A stretch of 64,000 bases of DNA. Origin: an uncultured Peptococcaceae bacterium. GTDB taxonomy: Bacteria > Bacillota > Peptococcia > Peptococcales > Peptococcaceae. The notes beneath the pieces are model-generated. The model ran no database searches. It saw nothing but the letters and a program-made list of their open reading frames with translations, and had not been told where the DNA came from. The translations under genes and the position numbers were made by a program. Below are positions 55,685-64,000 of this stretch, piece after piece; the first letter of the stretch is position 1, and every line of letters begins with the position of its first letter. The stretch lies in the NCBI GenBank assembly GCA_963931105.1, contig OZ007004.1, positions 622,973 through 686,972 on the forward strand, given 5' to 3'.

Positions 55685-57307
55685 TCACTCACCTCGCAGC
55701 ACTTTTGCGAGCATTTCAACGATCTCGTTCAACTGCTTGGCGTCGATCTCGTCGCCAATGTTCGCACCATTTTTGCAGCCTGTCTGGCAGCCGCCGTTCT
55801 GGTACTGCTCAGGGGAAAGATAGGCGCTCCCTGCGCAGGCAGTCGGTGCGCTCGCGCTGATGCGCTGCGTATTCACAGCGATGTTGCCGAAAGCGCCAGG
55901 AATGCTGCCCAGCTCTGGATGATTGAAGGTTGGATCGTCCGCAACCATGGTTGCACAGTTTTTAAGGCCGAAGGCGACCTTCTTGATATTAATGAGATTC
56001 AGCGGGCTGACATTTTCCGACGTCGAGCTGCCGCCCCAGGTGCCGCAGCCAAGGGTGAAGGATGGCACAAGACCTGTGCTGCCGCCAGTGCCGCCCATAC
56101 TGCCGCCGGTATTCACGAGAATGCGGCTGGCTGGCTTGCGCGTAAATTCGAGGATGATGTTGCGATCCTCTGTGTGCAGGCTCATCGTGTGACCGATGCC
56201 GTTCTGCAGGAGCGCGATCGAAAGATCGCAAGCTTCGTGCCAGTCCTTGACGACGTAGAACGCAAGAACGGTGGTGAGTTTTTCGTAGGAAAGCGGATAG
56301 CCATCACCGACGCCGCCCTGTGGCCCGATCAGCACGGTGGTGTTTTCCGGCACAGAAATCCCAGCTGCGCTGGCGATGACGAGCGGAGAGCGACCGACAA
56401 ATTTGGCGTTCATGGCGTGGCCGCCATTTTTGAAGAGGAGCTTGCAGACCTTGTCTGTTTCCTCTGGGCTCATAAAGTACGCGCCCTGCGCTTTCAGCTC
56501 GGCGATGACAGCATCCTTGTTGCATTCTTCGCAGATGATGGACTGCTCCGACGCGCAGATCGTGCCGTAGTCAAACGTTTTCGATGCGATGATGTTTGTC
56601 ACAGCCTGTTTGATATTGGCGGTGCGCTCGATGTACGCTGGAGAATTCCCGGCGCCGACGCCGAGCGCTGGTTTGCCGGCGCTGTACGCAGCTTTTACCA
56701 TGCCCGGACCACCGGTGGCGATGATCATCTTCACTTCCTTGCAGTGCATGAGCTCATTGGTCGCTGGCATCGAGGTCTTGGTGATGCAGCCGATGGTATT
56801 TTCCGGCGCACCAGCTTCGACAGCAGCCTGCGCCATGAGCTCAGCAGCGCGTGCGGTGCATTTCACTGCAGATGGATGCGGAGAAAAGACGATGGCGTTG
56901 CGCGCTTTGACGGCAATGATCGATTTGAAAATCGCTGTCGAGGTTGGATTGGTGGATGGCACGATGCCCATGAGCAGACCAACAGGATCTGCCACATCCA
57001 TGGTGCCGAGGGCTGGATCCTCGTGGATCACGCCGATGGTCTTCATATCTTTGATGGCATCGTACAGCAGGGTGGATGCCATGTGGTTTTTATACGTTTT
57101 GTCGGCAACCTTGCCGAATCCAGTTTCTTCGACTGCCATCTGTGCGAGGGTCACAGCATTTTCTTCAGCGACGCGCACCATATTGCGGATGATGCGATCG
57201 ATCTGATCTTCTGTGTAGGTTGCCAGTTTTTCTGTAGCGATCTGTCCCTTGCGGGCCAGATCTCTGGCTTCCTGTACCGACCGTAAATCGTAATCAATAT
57301 TTTCCAT
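55685..57307 (-). CDS. CoA-acylating aldehyde dehydrogenase (PduP/EutE-like) with a ~75-aa C-terminal extension
   Basis: ...FDYGTICASEQS... catalytic Cys region. C-terminal tail ends DEIDAKQLNEIVEMLAKVLRGE. Confidence 0.9.
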   Translation of the reverse strand: MENIDYDLRSVQEARDLARKGQIATEKLATYTEDQIDRIIRNMVRVAEENAVTLAQMAVEETGFGKVADKTYKNHMASTLLYDAIKDMKTIGVIHEDPALGTMDVADPVGLLMGIVPSTNPTSTAIFKSIIAVKARNAIVFSPHPSAVKCTARAAELMAQAAVEAGAPENTIGCITKTSMPATNELMHCKEVKMIIATGGPGMVKAAYSAGKPALGVGAGNSPAYIERTANIKQAVTNIIASKTFDYGTICASEQSIICEECNKDAVIAELKAQGAYFMSPEETDKVCKLLFKNGGHAMNAKFVGRSPLVIASAAGISVPENTTVLIGPQGGVGDGYPLSYEKLTTVLAFYVVKDWHEACDLSIALLQNGIGHTMSLHTEDRNIILEFTRKPASRILVNTGGSMGGTGGSTGLVPSFTLGCGTWGGSSTSENVSPLNLINIKKVAFGLKNCATMVADDPTFNHPELGSIPGAFGNIAVNTQRISASAPTACAGSAYLSPEQYQNGGCQTGCKNGANIGDEIDAKQLNEIVEMLAKVLRGE

Positions 57308-57337
57308 TTAAAGGGCGACCTCCTTTATCTATTGTGA

Positions 57338-57958
57338 TCATTTTTCTGCTTCGTAATGTTTTGTGAGTTCTGCGAGCAAGGTTTCCTTGTTCGCCTTGGA
57401 GATTGCGCGTCCGGCGATCGCCAGATCGTCGTATTCACGAGCGAGATTTCTCAGCGCCACGACTTTTTCCGACGCGAGCGCGTTCATCACAGCTGCGACG
57501 CCGTGGCTCTCGATCAATCGATCGAGGTTTTCTTTTGTGAGTTCAGCGATGGTGATCGCGTCCTGATCTTCTGACGAGGATTCTGCGACATCCCTGACGA
57601 CAGCTAGCGGTTCAGCGCTCAGCGCTTTTTCACTCAAGCCTCGCCTGGGACACTCTCCCTGTTCGCGGAGCTCTGCGAGCGGGATGGGATTGACGATGCA
57701 TTCGCCCACTTCCGGATGCGGACGAGGGATCACGTGCTGGGTGCGCAAGCAATTTTCGCCCAAACGCGCTGCAGCTACTGCGCCAGCATCGACAGAGGCC
57801 TTGACCGCTGCGACATCACCGGTAACGATGATGGTGACGATCCCGCCTTTGACAAAATCTCTTTCCAAGAGTCGCACTTCGGCGGCTTTTAACATAGCGT
57901 CCGCTGCTTCAATGGCAGGGACCAATCCATAGGTTTCGATCATACCGATAGCTTCCAT
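57338..57958 (-). CDS. BMC-H domain shell protein with a ~110-aa C-terminal extension
   Basis: N-terminal [26 protein letters not shown]...VTGDVAAVKASVDAG...HVIPRPH, then a linker and a helical tail. Confidence 0.88.
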   Translation of the reverse strand: MEAIGMIETYGLVPAIEAADAMLKAAEVRLLERDFVKGGIVTIIVTGDVAAVKASVDAGAVAAARLGENCLRTQHVIPRPHPEVGECIVNPIPLAELREQGECPRRGLSEKALSAEPLAVVRDVAESSSEDQDAITIAELTKENLDRLIESHGVAAVMNALASEKVVALRNLAREYDDLAIAGRAISKANKETLLAELTKHYEAEK

Positions 57959-57980
57959 GATTAACCTCCTTGGTCAGTAC

Positions 57981-58646
57981 TCAATGTGTAACATAGAAAA
58001 CCTTCACCTTGCCCGGCGTGCCGAAAGTCAAACGCGCACCGCGTTTGAAGAGCAGACAGTCGCCGACACCGGCTGTGAAAACACGTCCGTCTTTTTCAAC
58101 CGTCAGGGTTCCATCGATGACGTAGTAGATCTCCTGACAGTCCACGTTCCAGGAAAACGTGCAGCGATCGATCGTCATAAAGCCAGCGTTCAGCGGCACG
58201 CCGTCGCCAGCGCCGATGAGTTCGTTGTAATACACCTGGTCACCGGGATGTCCGGTATCCAGCGGCTGGAATTTCGCCGTATTGCTCCGTACGAGCTTGA
58301 CCATGCCGGCGCTGTCGCTTTCTGATACATACGGCGCGTCCACGCCGACGGCATTCATCAGCTGACCAAGCATACCTTTTTCCGTGAGGATCTGCAGCGC
58401 TTTGTAGATCAGGTTGCTGTCAAGCGTTCCCGCTGTCTGTGGCGCGGCTTTTTCACAGGCAGTGCTCGTCGCAGGATCTGCTGCGGTTGTCGCTGTCGGC
58501 GCGCAGCCTTCGCTGAAAGAAATCCCGGCATTTGCGGCAACATCGCGCGCTGACGGCGTGATGATGGTGCTCGCGTCCACGTAGATGACGTGTTCGCCTG
58601 CTGCCACAGCGTGTTCCACATCCTTGGCACAGATCAGTTTTTTCAT
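57981..58646 (-). CDS. EutQ-like cupin protein
   Basis: C-terminal cupin ...FSWNVDCQEIYYVIDGTLTVEKDGRVFTAGVGDCLLF... Lies within the BMC locus. Confidence 0.8.
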   Translation of the reverse strand: MKKLICAKDVEHAVAAGEHVIYVDASTIITPSARDVAANAGISFSEGCAPTATTAADPATSTACEKAAPQTAGTLDSNLIYKALQILTEKGMLGQLMNAVGVDAPYVSESDSAGMVKLVRSNTAKFQPLDTGHPGDQVYYNELIGAGDGVPLNAGFMTIDRCTFSWNVDCQEIYYVIDGTLTVEKDGRVFTAGVGDCLLFKRGARLTFGTPGKVKVFYVTH

Positions 58647-58683
58647 TGGATCACATCCTTTCGCCTGCGTTATTTTCTATCAT

Positions 58684-59229
58684 TTATAATAAAGTTGGGA
58701 TCAAAAGCTCCGATGGCGACGGAATGACTTCGGCATCAACGAGGAGTCCTTTTTCCTTCGCGATCTCCAGCCCGGCATCGGTGCCAGCCTGAACAGCCGC
58801 CACATCGCCGGTGTAGGTGAAGTAGCTTTTTCCGCCGAGGCCATTGCCGAGACGCAGTTCGATCGGTTCAAGCTCAGCAGCTTTGAGGATCGCATCTGCG
58901 CAGACGATCATCGTCGCCAGCGAGAAGGATTCCATGATGCCCACGGCCTGCACGCGCTCCGGCATTGTTGCGCCGGTGATCGCCGGGAAAACGCCAGGAT
59001 CGACGTTCGGGATGATGATCGAGTCGATGAAGAACTCGCCGGCCATGCGCTCGCCGATGCGCACAGAATCTTCCACCGCCGCCACATCGCCGTGAACGAT
59101 GGCGATGTATTTTCCTGGGCAGGTGGAGGTGGCTGCTGCGAACTCCACCTCAGAAATCTTGGCCATCTGGTCGGCCGCGTAGATGCCTTTGGCGATACTG
59201 TTAAATTCAACCATACCTATTGCCCGCAT
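58684..59229 (-). CDS. BMC-T tandem-domain shell protein (PduT-like)
   Basis: Two BMC repeats in 181 aa. Cys in TSTCPGK at the PduT Fe-S ligand position. Confidence 0.88.
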   Translation of the reverse strand: MRAIGMVEFNSIAKGIYAADQMAKISEVEFAAATSTCPGKYIAIVHGDVAAVEDSVRIGERMAGEFFIDSIIIPNVDPGVFPAITGATMPERVQAVGIMESFSLATMIVCADAILKAAELEPIELRLGNGLGGKSYFTYTGDVAAVQAGTDAGLEIAKEKGLLVDAEVIPSPSELLIPTLL

Positions 59230-59233
59230 TGTT

Positions 59234-60565
59234 CTATCTCCTTACTTCTATATAATAGGGTGTCACTTCGCTCACGCTGCCGCTGATGCTCGCATGGATC
59301 GCAGCGCCGAGCTTATCCTGCGCGATTTCGCCGATCTTCTGTCCTGCTTCCACATGCGCACCAACGCTGACCGTTGGCACAGCTGGCGCGCCGACATGCT
59401 GACGGGTGGAGATGCGAATCACATTCGGCGTCACGGTTTCCTCGCTCATTGGCGCTGGCTGGTCAAAATCATGCAGCCCGAGACGCGCGATCAGGCGCTT
59501 GGATGGCACCTGGCGATAGGGGCGCATGCTGCGTGGCTCGAAAACATCTTTCTCGCGCTGGTAGCGAATACCCTCCTGTTGCTGCAGCCCTTTGAAAAAG
59601 AGGTTGGCCATTTTTGGATGGAGCCCGGCTGGACAGCTGAACAATTCGCAGAGATTACACTGGCAGCAGAGCTGCGCGAGCTCTGTTCCTGCGAGATCAC
59701 CGGTGAAATAATTCTGCGCCCGCATCATTTTGTGCGGCTGCATGTTGTGGCCCAGCAGATAACGTGGGCAGAGATCGGTGCACATGCGGCACTGCTCGCA
59801 GGTGGCCTTGTTCACCTTTCTGGCCTGCTCCAGCGTCGTCGATTTTTTGGCGATGAGCGGAAGGCGCTTTGGTAAAATAATGAAGCCCTTGTTTTTCTTT
59901 GAGATGTAGCCGCCAAGATCTTTCATCACTGGCCCCATCATCGGGCCGCCGTCGATCACAGCGTAGTCTGTGAAATCGTCGATGCCGGAAAGCTTCAGCA
60001 CGTCGATGATCGGCGTTCCGACAGGAACCTTCACAGTGAGGCGGCGCGGCACATCGCCAGCGATGGTGATGTATTTTTCTGTCACTGGCTGGCCCTGGCT
60101 CGCCTTGTAGATATTGAGCGCTGTCTCCGAATTGACGACGACGCAGCCGACAGCGATCGGAATGCCAGCCTCTGGCACGATGCGTCCGGTCAGCTCATGA
60201 ACGAGCACCTGCTCGTCGCCAGCTGGATACACATCCGCCAGCTCCTTCACCTCGACAAAATCTGCCAGCCCGAGGGCCTGGATGCGCTCACGCAAAAGCG
60301 CGATGACTTTGTCGTGTTTTTTCTTAATGCCGATGATCGCGTGCTGCGCGTTCACAGCGCGCCCGGCCATCTCAAATCCCTTGATGATCTCGTCAGGATA
60401 GAGCGCCATGAGCTGCTGGTCCACGCGCAGCAGCGGTTCGCACTCGGCGCCGTTCATTAAAATATATTCTGCTTCGGATGCGAGCTTGGCATGGGTCGGA
60501 AAACCAGCGCCCCCGGCGCCAATGACCCCCGCATTCCGTATTTGTTCTATCAGATTCATTCTCAC
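59234..60565 (-). CDS. PduS/RnfC-like Fe-S flavoprotein
   Basis: GAGGAGFPTHAK, SLBB region, and two ferredoxin motifs CEQCRMCTDLCP and CCQCNLCELFSCP. Confidence 0.88.
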   Translation of the reverse strand: MRMNLIEQIRNAGVIGAGGAGFPTHAKLASEAEYILMNGAECEPLLRVDQQLMALYPDEIIKGFEMAGRAVNAQHAIIGIKKKHDKVIALLRERIQALGLADFVEVKELADVYPAGDEQVLVHELTGRIVPEAGIPIAVGCVVVNSETALNIYKASQGQPVTEKYITIAGDVPRRLTVKVPVGTPIIDVLKLSGIDDFTDYAVIDGGPMMGPVMKDLGGYISKKNKGFIILPKRLPLIAKKSTTLEQARKVNKATCEQCRMCTDLCPRYLLGHNMQPHKMMRAQNYFTGDLAGTELAQLCCQCNLCELFSCPAGLHPKMANLFFKGLQQQEGIRYQREKDVFEPRSMRPYRQVPSKRLIARLGLHDFDQPAPMSEETVTPNVIRISTRQHVGAPAVPTVSVGAHVEAGQKIGEIAQDKLGAAIHASISGSVSEVTPYYIEVRR

Positions 60566-60573
60566 ACCCCGCT

Positions 60574-60840
60574 TTATTCAAAACTGCAATCTTCATCTAT
60601 GATGCCGACGACGACGGCATCCACAGGAACGTCGTCATTGCCGAGCATGCGTCTGGCAGAGGAGCCGGTGGTGATGATCACACGATCGCCGATGCCGGCG
60701 CTGATGATGTCGACGACGATGATCCGTTTGCCGGAATCGCTGCCACCGCCAATGATCTCCGCCTGCATCAGCTTGAGTCCATTCAGCGACTCTGCTTTGC
60801 GCGTCGACCAGATGTGGCCTGTCAATTTTGCTGTAAGCAT
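60574..60840 (-). CDS. BMC-P pentameric vertex protein (EutN/PduN/CcmL family)
   Basis: MLTAKLTGHIWSTRKAESLNGLKLMQAEI...VVDIISAGIGDRVIITTGSSAR. GGAGGG RBS. Only the 3' 88 codons of track ORF 60574-61185 are real. Confidence 0.9.
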   Translation of the reverse strand: MLTAKLTGHIWSTRKAESLNGLKLMQAEIIGGGSDSGKRIIVVDIISAGIGDRVIITTGSSARRMLGNDDVPVDAVVVGIIDEDCSFE

Positions 60841-61151
60841 GTGTACCGTGTCCCTCCCTGTACTTCCTGCCGGATCTGCGCCAGCGCCGATTCGACCGAC
60901 GCCGTGTCGCCAAATATCGCCAGCAGGATCATATTCTGCGGGCAGCTGCCGCGAATATCTTCGACGGTGACGCCCACCGCTTTTTCTGCAATGTCTGCCG
61001 CCACGACCATGTCGATCATTTTTCCCTGCACAAGTCCGATGGCGTCTGTGCAGGGCGGCAGGGTATTTCTGTCCGAGCCCTTGCGCCGGAGCAGAATATC
61101 GACAGTGCCTGCCGACGGCGACTTGATGATGCGAATATCCATGATGCTCAC
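60822..61151 (-). CDS. BMC domain shell protein (EutS/PduU-like, tentative subtype)
   Basis: ...AIGLVQGKMIDMVVAADIAEKAVGVTVEDIRG...LAIFGDTASVESAL... Confidence 0.8.
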   Translation of the reverse strand: MSIMDIRIIKSPSAGTVDILLRRKGSDRNTLPPCTDAIGLVQGKMIDMVVAADIAEKAVGVTVEDIRGSCPQNMILLAIFGDTASVESALAQIRQEVQGGTRYTCLQQN

Positions 61152-61981
61152 TCCTCGATCGCTTCCGGCTTGCAGCTGAGGGCAATGCCGAGCGGCGTCA
61201 CGAACATCGGATTTTTCGGCTTGTGCGTTGGCACGCCGGTGCGCTTTTCAATGACGCCCTCAATGCCTGTGAAGCAGCAGGTGCCGCCGACCAGCGCGAT
61301 CGCGTCCACATCGTGTCCTTCTATGTGACGGCTGATGATCGTCGCCACCTTGTCGATGACGGGACGCACAACCGGCATGAGCTCCTTGTGATGCGCGTCG
61401 TCGCGTTTATAGAGCTCGGCGTCTGCGAAGGATTTTCCATACGCGCCGGCAATGACCAGCGAAAAATGGGTGCCGCCGGTTGGTTCGTCGGCGATGTAGG
61501 AAACGTTGCCATCTTTGAAGATCGAGATCCCAGTGGTGCCGCCGCCAATATCCACAACGGCGCCGTTTTTCATCTGGAGCACCAGATTGGCTGCTGTGGA
61601 TTCGTCGAGCAGATTCGTGCATTCAAACCCAGCACCTTCGATGACATTTTTCACAGCGCCGCCGTCGAGGGTGTCGGTTCCCGGCGGGATCGCACCAGCG
61701 GCGTAGACGAGCTCGACGCCGAGCTTGGCTTCGATCTCTTCCTTCAGCTCGCGCACGATCTGCACCGCGCCGATGTAATCAACGACCATGCCGTCGCGCA
61801 CGACATCTGCATAGCGCATGGCGCCGGCGATCGGCTGCTTGTTGTCGTCGAGCACGGCGATCACCACGCAGGCAGTGCCGAGATCGACGCCGGTGTAATA
61901 AACCGAAGATTTGTGCGTGACTGGCGTCGCGATCACTTTTTCAAAAGCTGCGACCATGTCGTCGCAGGCTGTAAAATTCAT
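61148..61981 (-). CDS. eutJ: EutJ family actin/Hsp70-fold ATPase (chaperone-like)
   Basis: YTGVDLGTACVV and VVDIGGGTTGISIF phosphate motifs. ATGA overlap at 61978-61981. Confidence 0.9.
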   Translation of the reverse strand: MNFTACDDMVAAFEKVIATPVTHKSSVYYTGVDLGTACVVIAVLDDNKQPIAGAMRYADVVRDGMVVDYIGAVQIVRELKEEIEAKLGVELVYAAGAIPPGTDTLDGGAVKNVIEGAGFECTNLLDESTAANLVLQMKNGAVVDIGGGTTGISIFKDGNVSYIADEPTGGTHFSLVIAGAYGKSFADAELYKRDDAHHKELMPVVRPVIDKVATIISRHIEGHDVDAIALVGGTCCFTGIEGVIEKRTGVPTHKPKNPMFVTPLGIALSCKPEAIEE

Positions 61982-62640
61982 GCGTTCCTCTGACATGCTC
62001 TGCCTCCCATCGTTTGACATATCAGCTGTGACAGTCGGTTAATGATCTGGTTCAATTTCGTCGTCAGTTTTTCCTGCAGCTTTTCGTCGTGGATTTTCTC
62101 AGCGAGCTCCAGCTGCAGCAGGCGCAGGTCGCTGCGCAACTCAGCCAGTGTGAGCAAGGCTTCCGCCTGTTCCAGCTGCATGCAGAATTCGTTGACTGCA
62201 ACACAATCGGAAAGCGGCTGGAAAAAATTTTCCTCGTCCATACCGGCACAGCCTGTGCAGAAAAGATCCGCCACCTCGTAATTGTCGGATGTGCAGAGCG
62301 CAAGCAGCGAAAGCTGTCGGCCCAGCGCAGTCAGCTGCTGCGCCGTCTGCACATCACTGGCGAGCAGTTTCTTCTCGGCCCGCAGAAATCGCAGGCGCTC
62401 CGCTTCCAATTTCAGCTTGAGCCAGCTTTTTTCATGCTCGGATGCTGTTTCAGCAGGGATTGCTGATCGTGCAGCACGCGCCTGAGATTTTTCGCTGCGC
62501 CCGCCGTACATATTGATCCCTCTGTCGATGAGAAATTGTCTGGCGCCAGGCGTCAGCCGTTCCCCTTCCTTCGGATCGTAGGATGAAAAGGGCTGTGCCT
62601 TATACAGCGCCCTGAGATCATTTTCTGTGATGAACTTCAT
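61978..62640 (-). CDS. BMC-locus helical protein of unknown function
   Basis: 220 aa. The N-terminal ~45 aa resemble the N-terminus of the EutQ-like protein. The rest is predicted helical. GGAGGGAGGG RBS. Confidence 0.6.
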   Translation of the reverse strand: MKFITENDLRALYKAQPFSSYDPKEGERLTPGARQFLIDRGINMYGGRSEKSQARAARSAIPAETASEHEKSWLKLKLEAERLRFLRAEKKLLASDVQTAQQLTALGRQLSLLALCTSDNYEVADLFCTGCAGMDEENFFQPLSDCVAVNEFCMQLEQAEALLTLAELRSDLRLLQLELAEKIHDEKLQEKLTTKLNQIINRLSQLICQTMGGRACQRNA

Positions 62641-63091
62641 GCTTCCGCCCTCCCTCCAGTTCTTGCAAATACTTTTTGAGATCCTCCAGGCCTTCTCCCG
62701 TCACCATGCTCACGGCAAAATACGGAGCCGCGACGCCGATCTCTGCCAGCTGGCGCTCAACGAGTGCTCGATTTTGCTGCGCCAGATCGCATTTGCTGAT
62801 GACGCCCACCACCGGGCAGCGAAAGATCTGCGCAAATCCCGGCGAGTACAGCGGCTGTGGATTTTCCTGATCGACGAGCACGAGGATACACCAGGCATCC
62901 TGCGCGAGGGCAATGAGATGCTGATACATCCACGTGTTCTCGAGATACGCGCTCGGCACCTCCAACGTACGCTGGCGATAGCTCGTGTCGAGGGTGCGCT
63001 TCAGCGGTCGCTCCTCGCCGTTGAGAAAATTGGCGAGAGCAGATTTTCCGCTTCTGGCAGGGCCTGCGATCATGATGCGTTTTCTCTTCAT
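62618..63091 (-). CDS. EutP/PduV family small GTPase
   Basis: P-loop GPARSGKSAL. 157 aa. ATGA overlap with the upstream gene. Confidence 0.88.
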   Translation of the reverse strand: MKRKRIMIAGPARSGKSALANFLNGEERPLKRTLDTSYRQRTLEVPSAYLENTWMYQHLIALAQDAWCILVLVDQENPQPLYSPGFAQIFRCPVVGVISKCDLAQQNRALVERQLAEIGVAAPYFAVSMVTGEGLEDLKKYLQELEGGRKHEVHHRK

Positions 63092-63432
63092 GTTTTCGTC
63101 ACAGCCACGGTATCAAATCCGAGCAGCGACTGCAGCGTTTCCGTGACAGCCTCGAGGGCTGTCTGCACACTCTGCACATCGCCGCTGATGATGACCGAGC
63201 CTGTGAAACGATCGAGAAAACCGATCTCCACCTCCGCAGCTTTGGTCGCAATATCCGCAGCGATGATCGCTGTTTCGCACGGCGTCAGTGTGAGAATGCC
63301 GAGCGCGCCCTGCTCATCGATGCCGAGACGCTCGTAGATATCCGCCATCGGCGAAGCGATCACGTGGGCAATGGTGACCTGTTTGCCAGGCACCGATTCC
63401 TGGATGATCCTTTCCATGGGTTTGTCGTTCAT
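63088..63432 (-). CDS. PduU/EutS-type (circularly permuted) BMC shell protein
   Basis: ERIIQESVPGKQVTIAHVIASP...GILTLTPCETAIIAADIATKAAEVEIGFLDRFTGSVIISGDV. Confidence 0.9.
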   Translation of the reverse strand: MNDKPMERIIQESVPGKQVTIAHVIASPMADIYERLGIDEQGALGILTLTPCETAIIAADIATKAAEVEIGFLDRFTGSVIISGDVQSVQTALEAVTETLQSLLGFDTVAVTKT

Positions 63433-63446
63433 AGCCAGGCTCCTTT

Positions 63447-64000
63447 CTAGTGCCTGATCACCGTCACTGGGAAATCCGATCCGCTGATCCAGCCTTCAAT
63501 GCGATCGAGATCGTCGTCGGAAAGGCTCGGATCGCCGTCGATGGCATAATCCATGCCGAGCTGCGTGTATTTATTGACGCCGAGCTTGTGATACGGCAGC
63601 AGATCGATCCCCTTGAAATTTTTCAGATCCTTATACGGCGTGAGAAAATCGATGACGGCGCGAATCTCCGGCTCGCTGTCGTTGATCCCTTTCAGGAGCG
63701 GCATCCGCACCTTCACATTGTGGCGGCGCTGGAGCAGCGTCTCGAGATTGTCGAGGATCATCTCGTTGCGCACGCCGGTGAGTTCTGCGTGGCGCTCCGG
63801 ATCCATGTGCTTGATGTCGAAAAGAAAGAGATCGACGACTTCTGCAAATCTGAGCAGCACATCTTTTTTCGCGTAGCCGCAGGTTTCAATGGCGGTGTGC
63901 AAGCCTTCGCGTTTGCACGCTTCCAGAAGATTGATCGCCGCTTCCGGCTGAGAGGTGACCTCGCCGCCGGAAAGCGTCACACCGCCGCCAGACTGCTCGT
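63447..64000 (-). CDS. glycyl-radical enzyme activating protein, C-terminal part (gene continues beyond the window end)
   Basis: ...TLSGGEVTSQPE...ETCGYAKKD...DIKHMDPERH...LPYHKLGVNKY, typical of the GRE-AE C-terminal half. Confidence 0.88.
   Translation of the reverse strand, partial: EQSGGGVTLSGGEVTSQPEAAINLLEACKREGLHTAIETCGYAKKDVLLRFAEVVDLFLFDIKHMDPERHAELTGVRNEMILDNLETLLQRRHNVKVRMPLLKGINDSEPEIRAVIDFLTPYKDLKNFKGIDLLPYHKLGVNKYTQLGMDYAIDGDPSLSDDDLDRIEGWISGSDFPVTVIRH

Noticed and set aside
55571-57286. 571-aa plus-strand ORF
   Set aside because: It is antisense to the aldehyde dehydrogenase and PduL genes of the BMC operon.
60574-61185. 203-aa minus-strand ORF
   Set aside because: The R/H/G-rich 5' 115 codons overlap the BMC-domain gene in another frame. 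Only the last 88 codons (from ATG 60840, with a GGAGGG RBS) form the EutN/BMC-P protein.
1-64000. CRISPR arrays, tRNA/rRNA genes, IS elements, integrases and prophage blocks
   Set aside because: I saw no direct-repeat/spacer periodicity, no cloverleaf-like segments in intergenic regions, and no transposase, integrase or phage structural protein signatures in any ORF.

Overview
The window looks like a high-GC Firmicutes/Clostridia-type chromosome. That taxon call is an inference from an SLH-anchored protease, a SCIFF peptide, an [FeFe]-hydrogenase and glycyl-radical enzymes. Coding is dense and mostly on the minus strand. I recognised no rRNA, tRNA, CRISPR array, transposase or integrase.

Main blocks:
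1. 0.1-4.6 kb: a type IV pilus/T2SS-like operon with a GspE ATPase, a GspF platform protein and four prepilin-type proteins.
2. 4.8-10 kb: a SufC/SufBD-like pair, a MarR regulator, thioredoxin, a Nif11-like protein, and an Fe-ADH plus nucleotidyltransferase pair.
3. 10-17 kb: accessory genes, including tandem small membrane proteins with an XRE regulator, an AT-rich RhuM gene, pirin, a YjdF-family gene with a structured leader, and broken AlbA_2-type and EamA genes.
4. 17.3-20.4 kb: a stand-alone PFL2-type glycyl radical enzyme with a minimal activase.
5. 21.3-27 kb: a MarR/MFS pair and a GltD-like oxidoreductase with an [FeFe]-hydrogenase.
6. 27-38.6 kb: assorted enzymes, a GtrII-like membrane protein and a heterodimeric ABC exporter.
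7. 38.7-40.2 kb: the most unusual stretch. It holds a ~460-nt ORF-free structured RNA candidate with its own promoter and terminator. It also holds an SMR (SugE/Gdx) exporter behind an attenuator-like leader, and a 46-aa SCIFF peptide gene that the ORF track missed and that has no adjacent maturase.
8. 40.3-49.3 kb: MFS, PepSY and polytopic membrane proteins, plus an AT-richer island (permease and NPP-type phosphodiesterase) with a LysR gene carrying an in-frame stop.
9. 49.4-51.6 kb: a translationally coupled Zn-ribbon / soluble ABC-ATPase / unknown-protein operon.
10. 51.8-54.7 kb: an SLH-anchored C1 cysteine protease.
11. 54.7-64 kb: a glycyl-radical-enzyme-associated bacterial microcompartment (GRM) locus whose signature enzyme lies beyond the window edge.

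Four genes are broken by an apparent 1-nt deficit at homopolymer runs. This suggests assembly indels rather than true pseudogenes.
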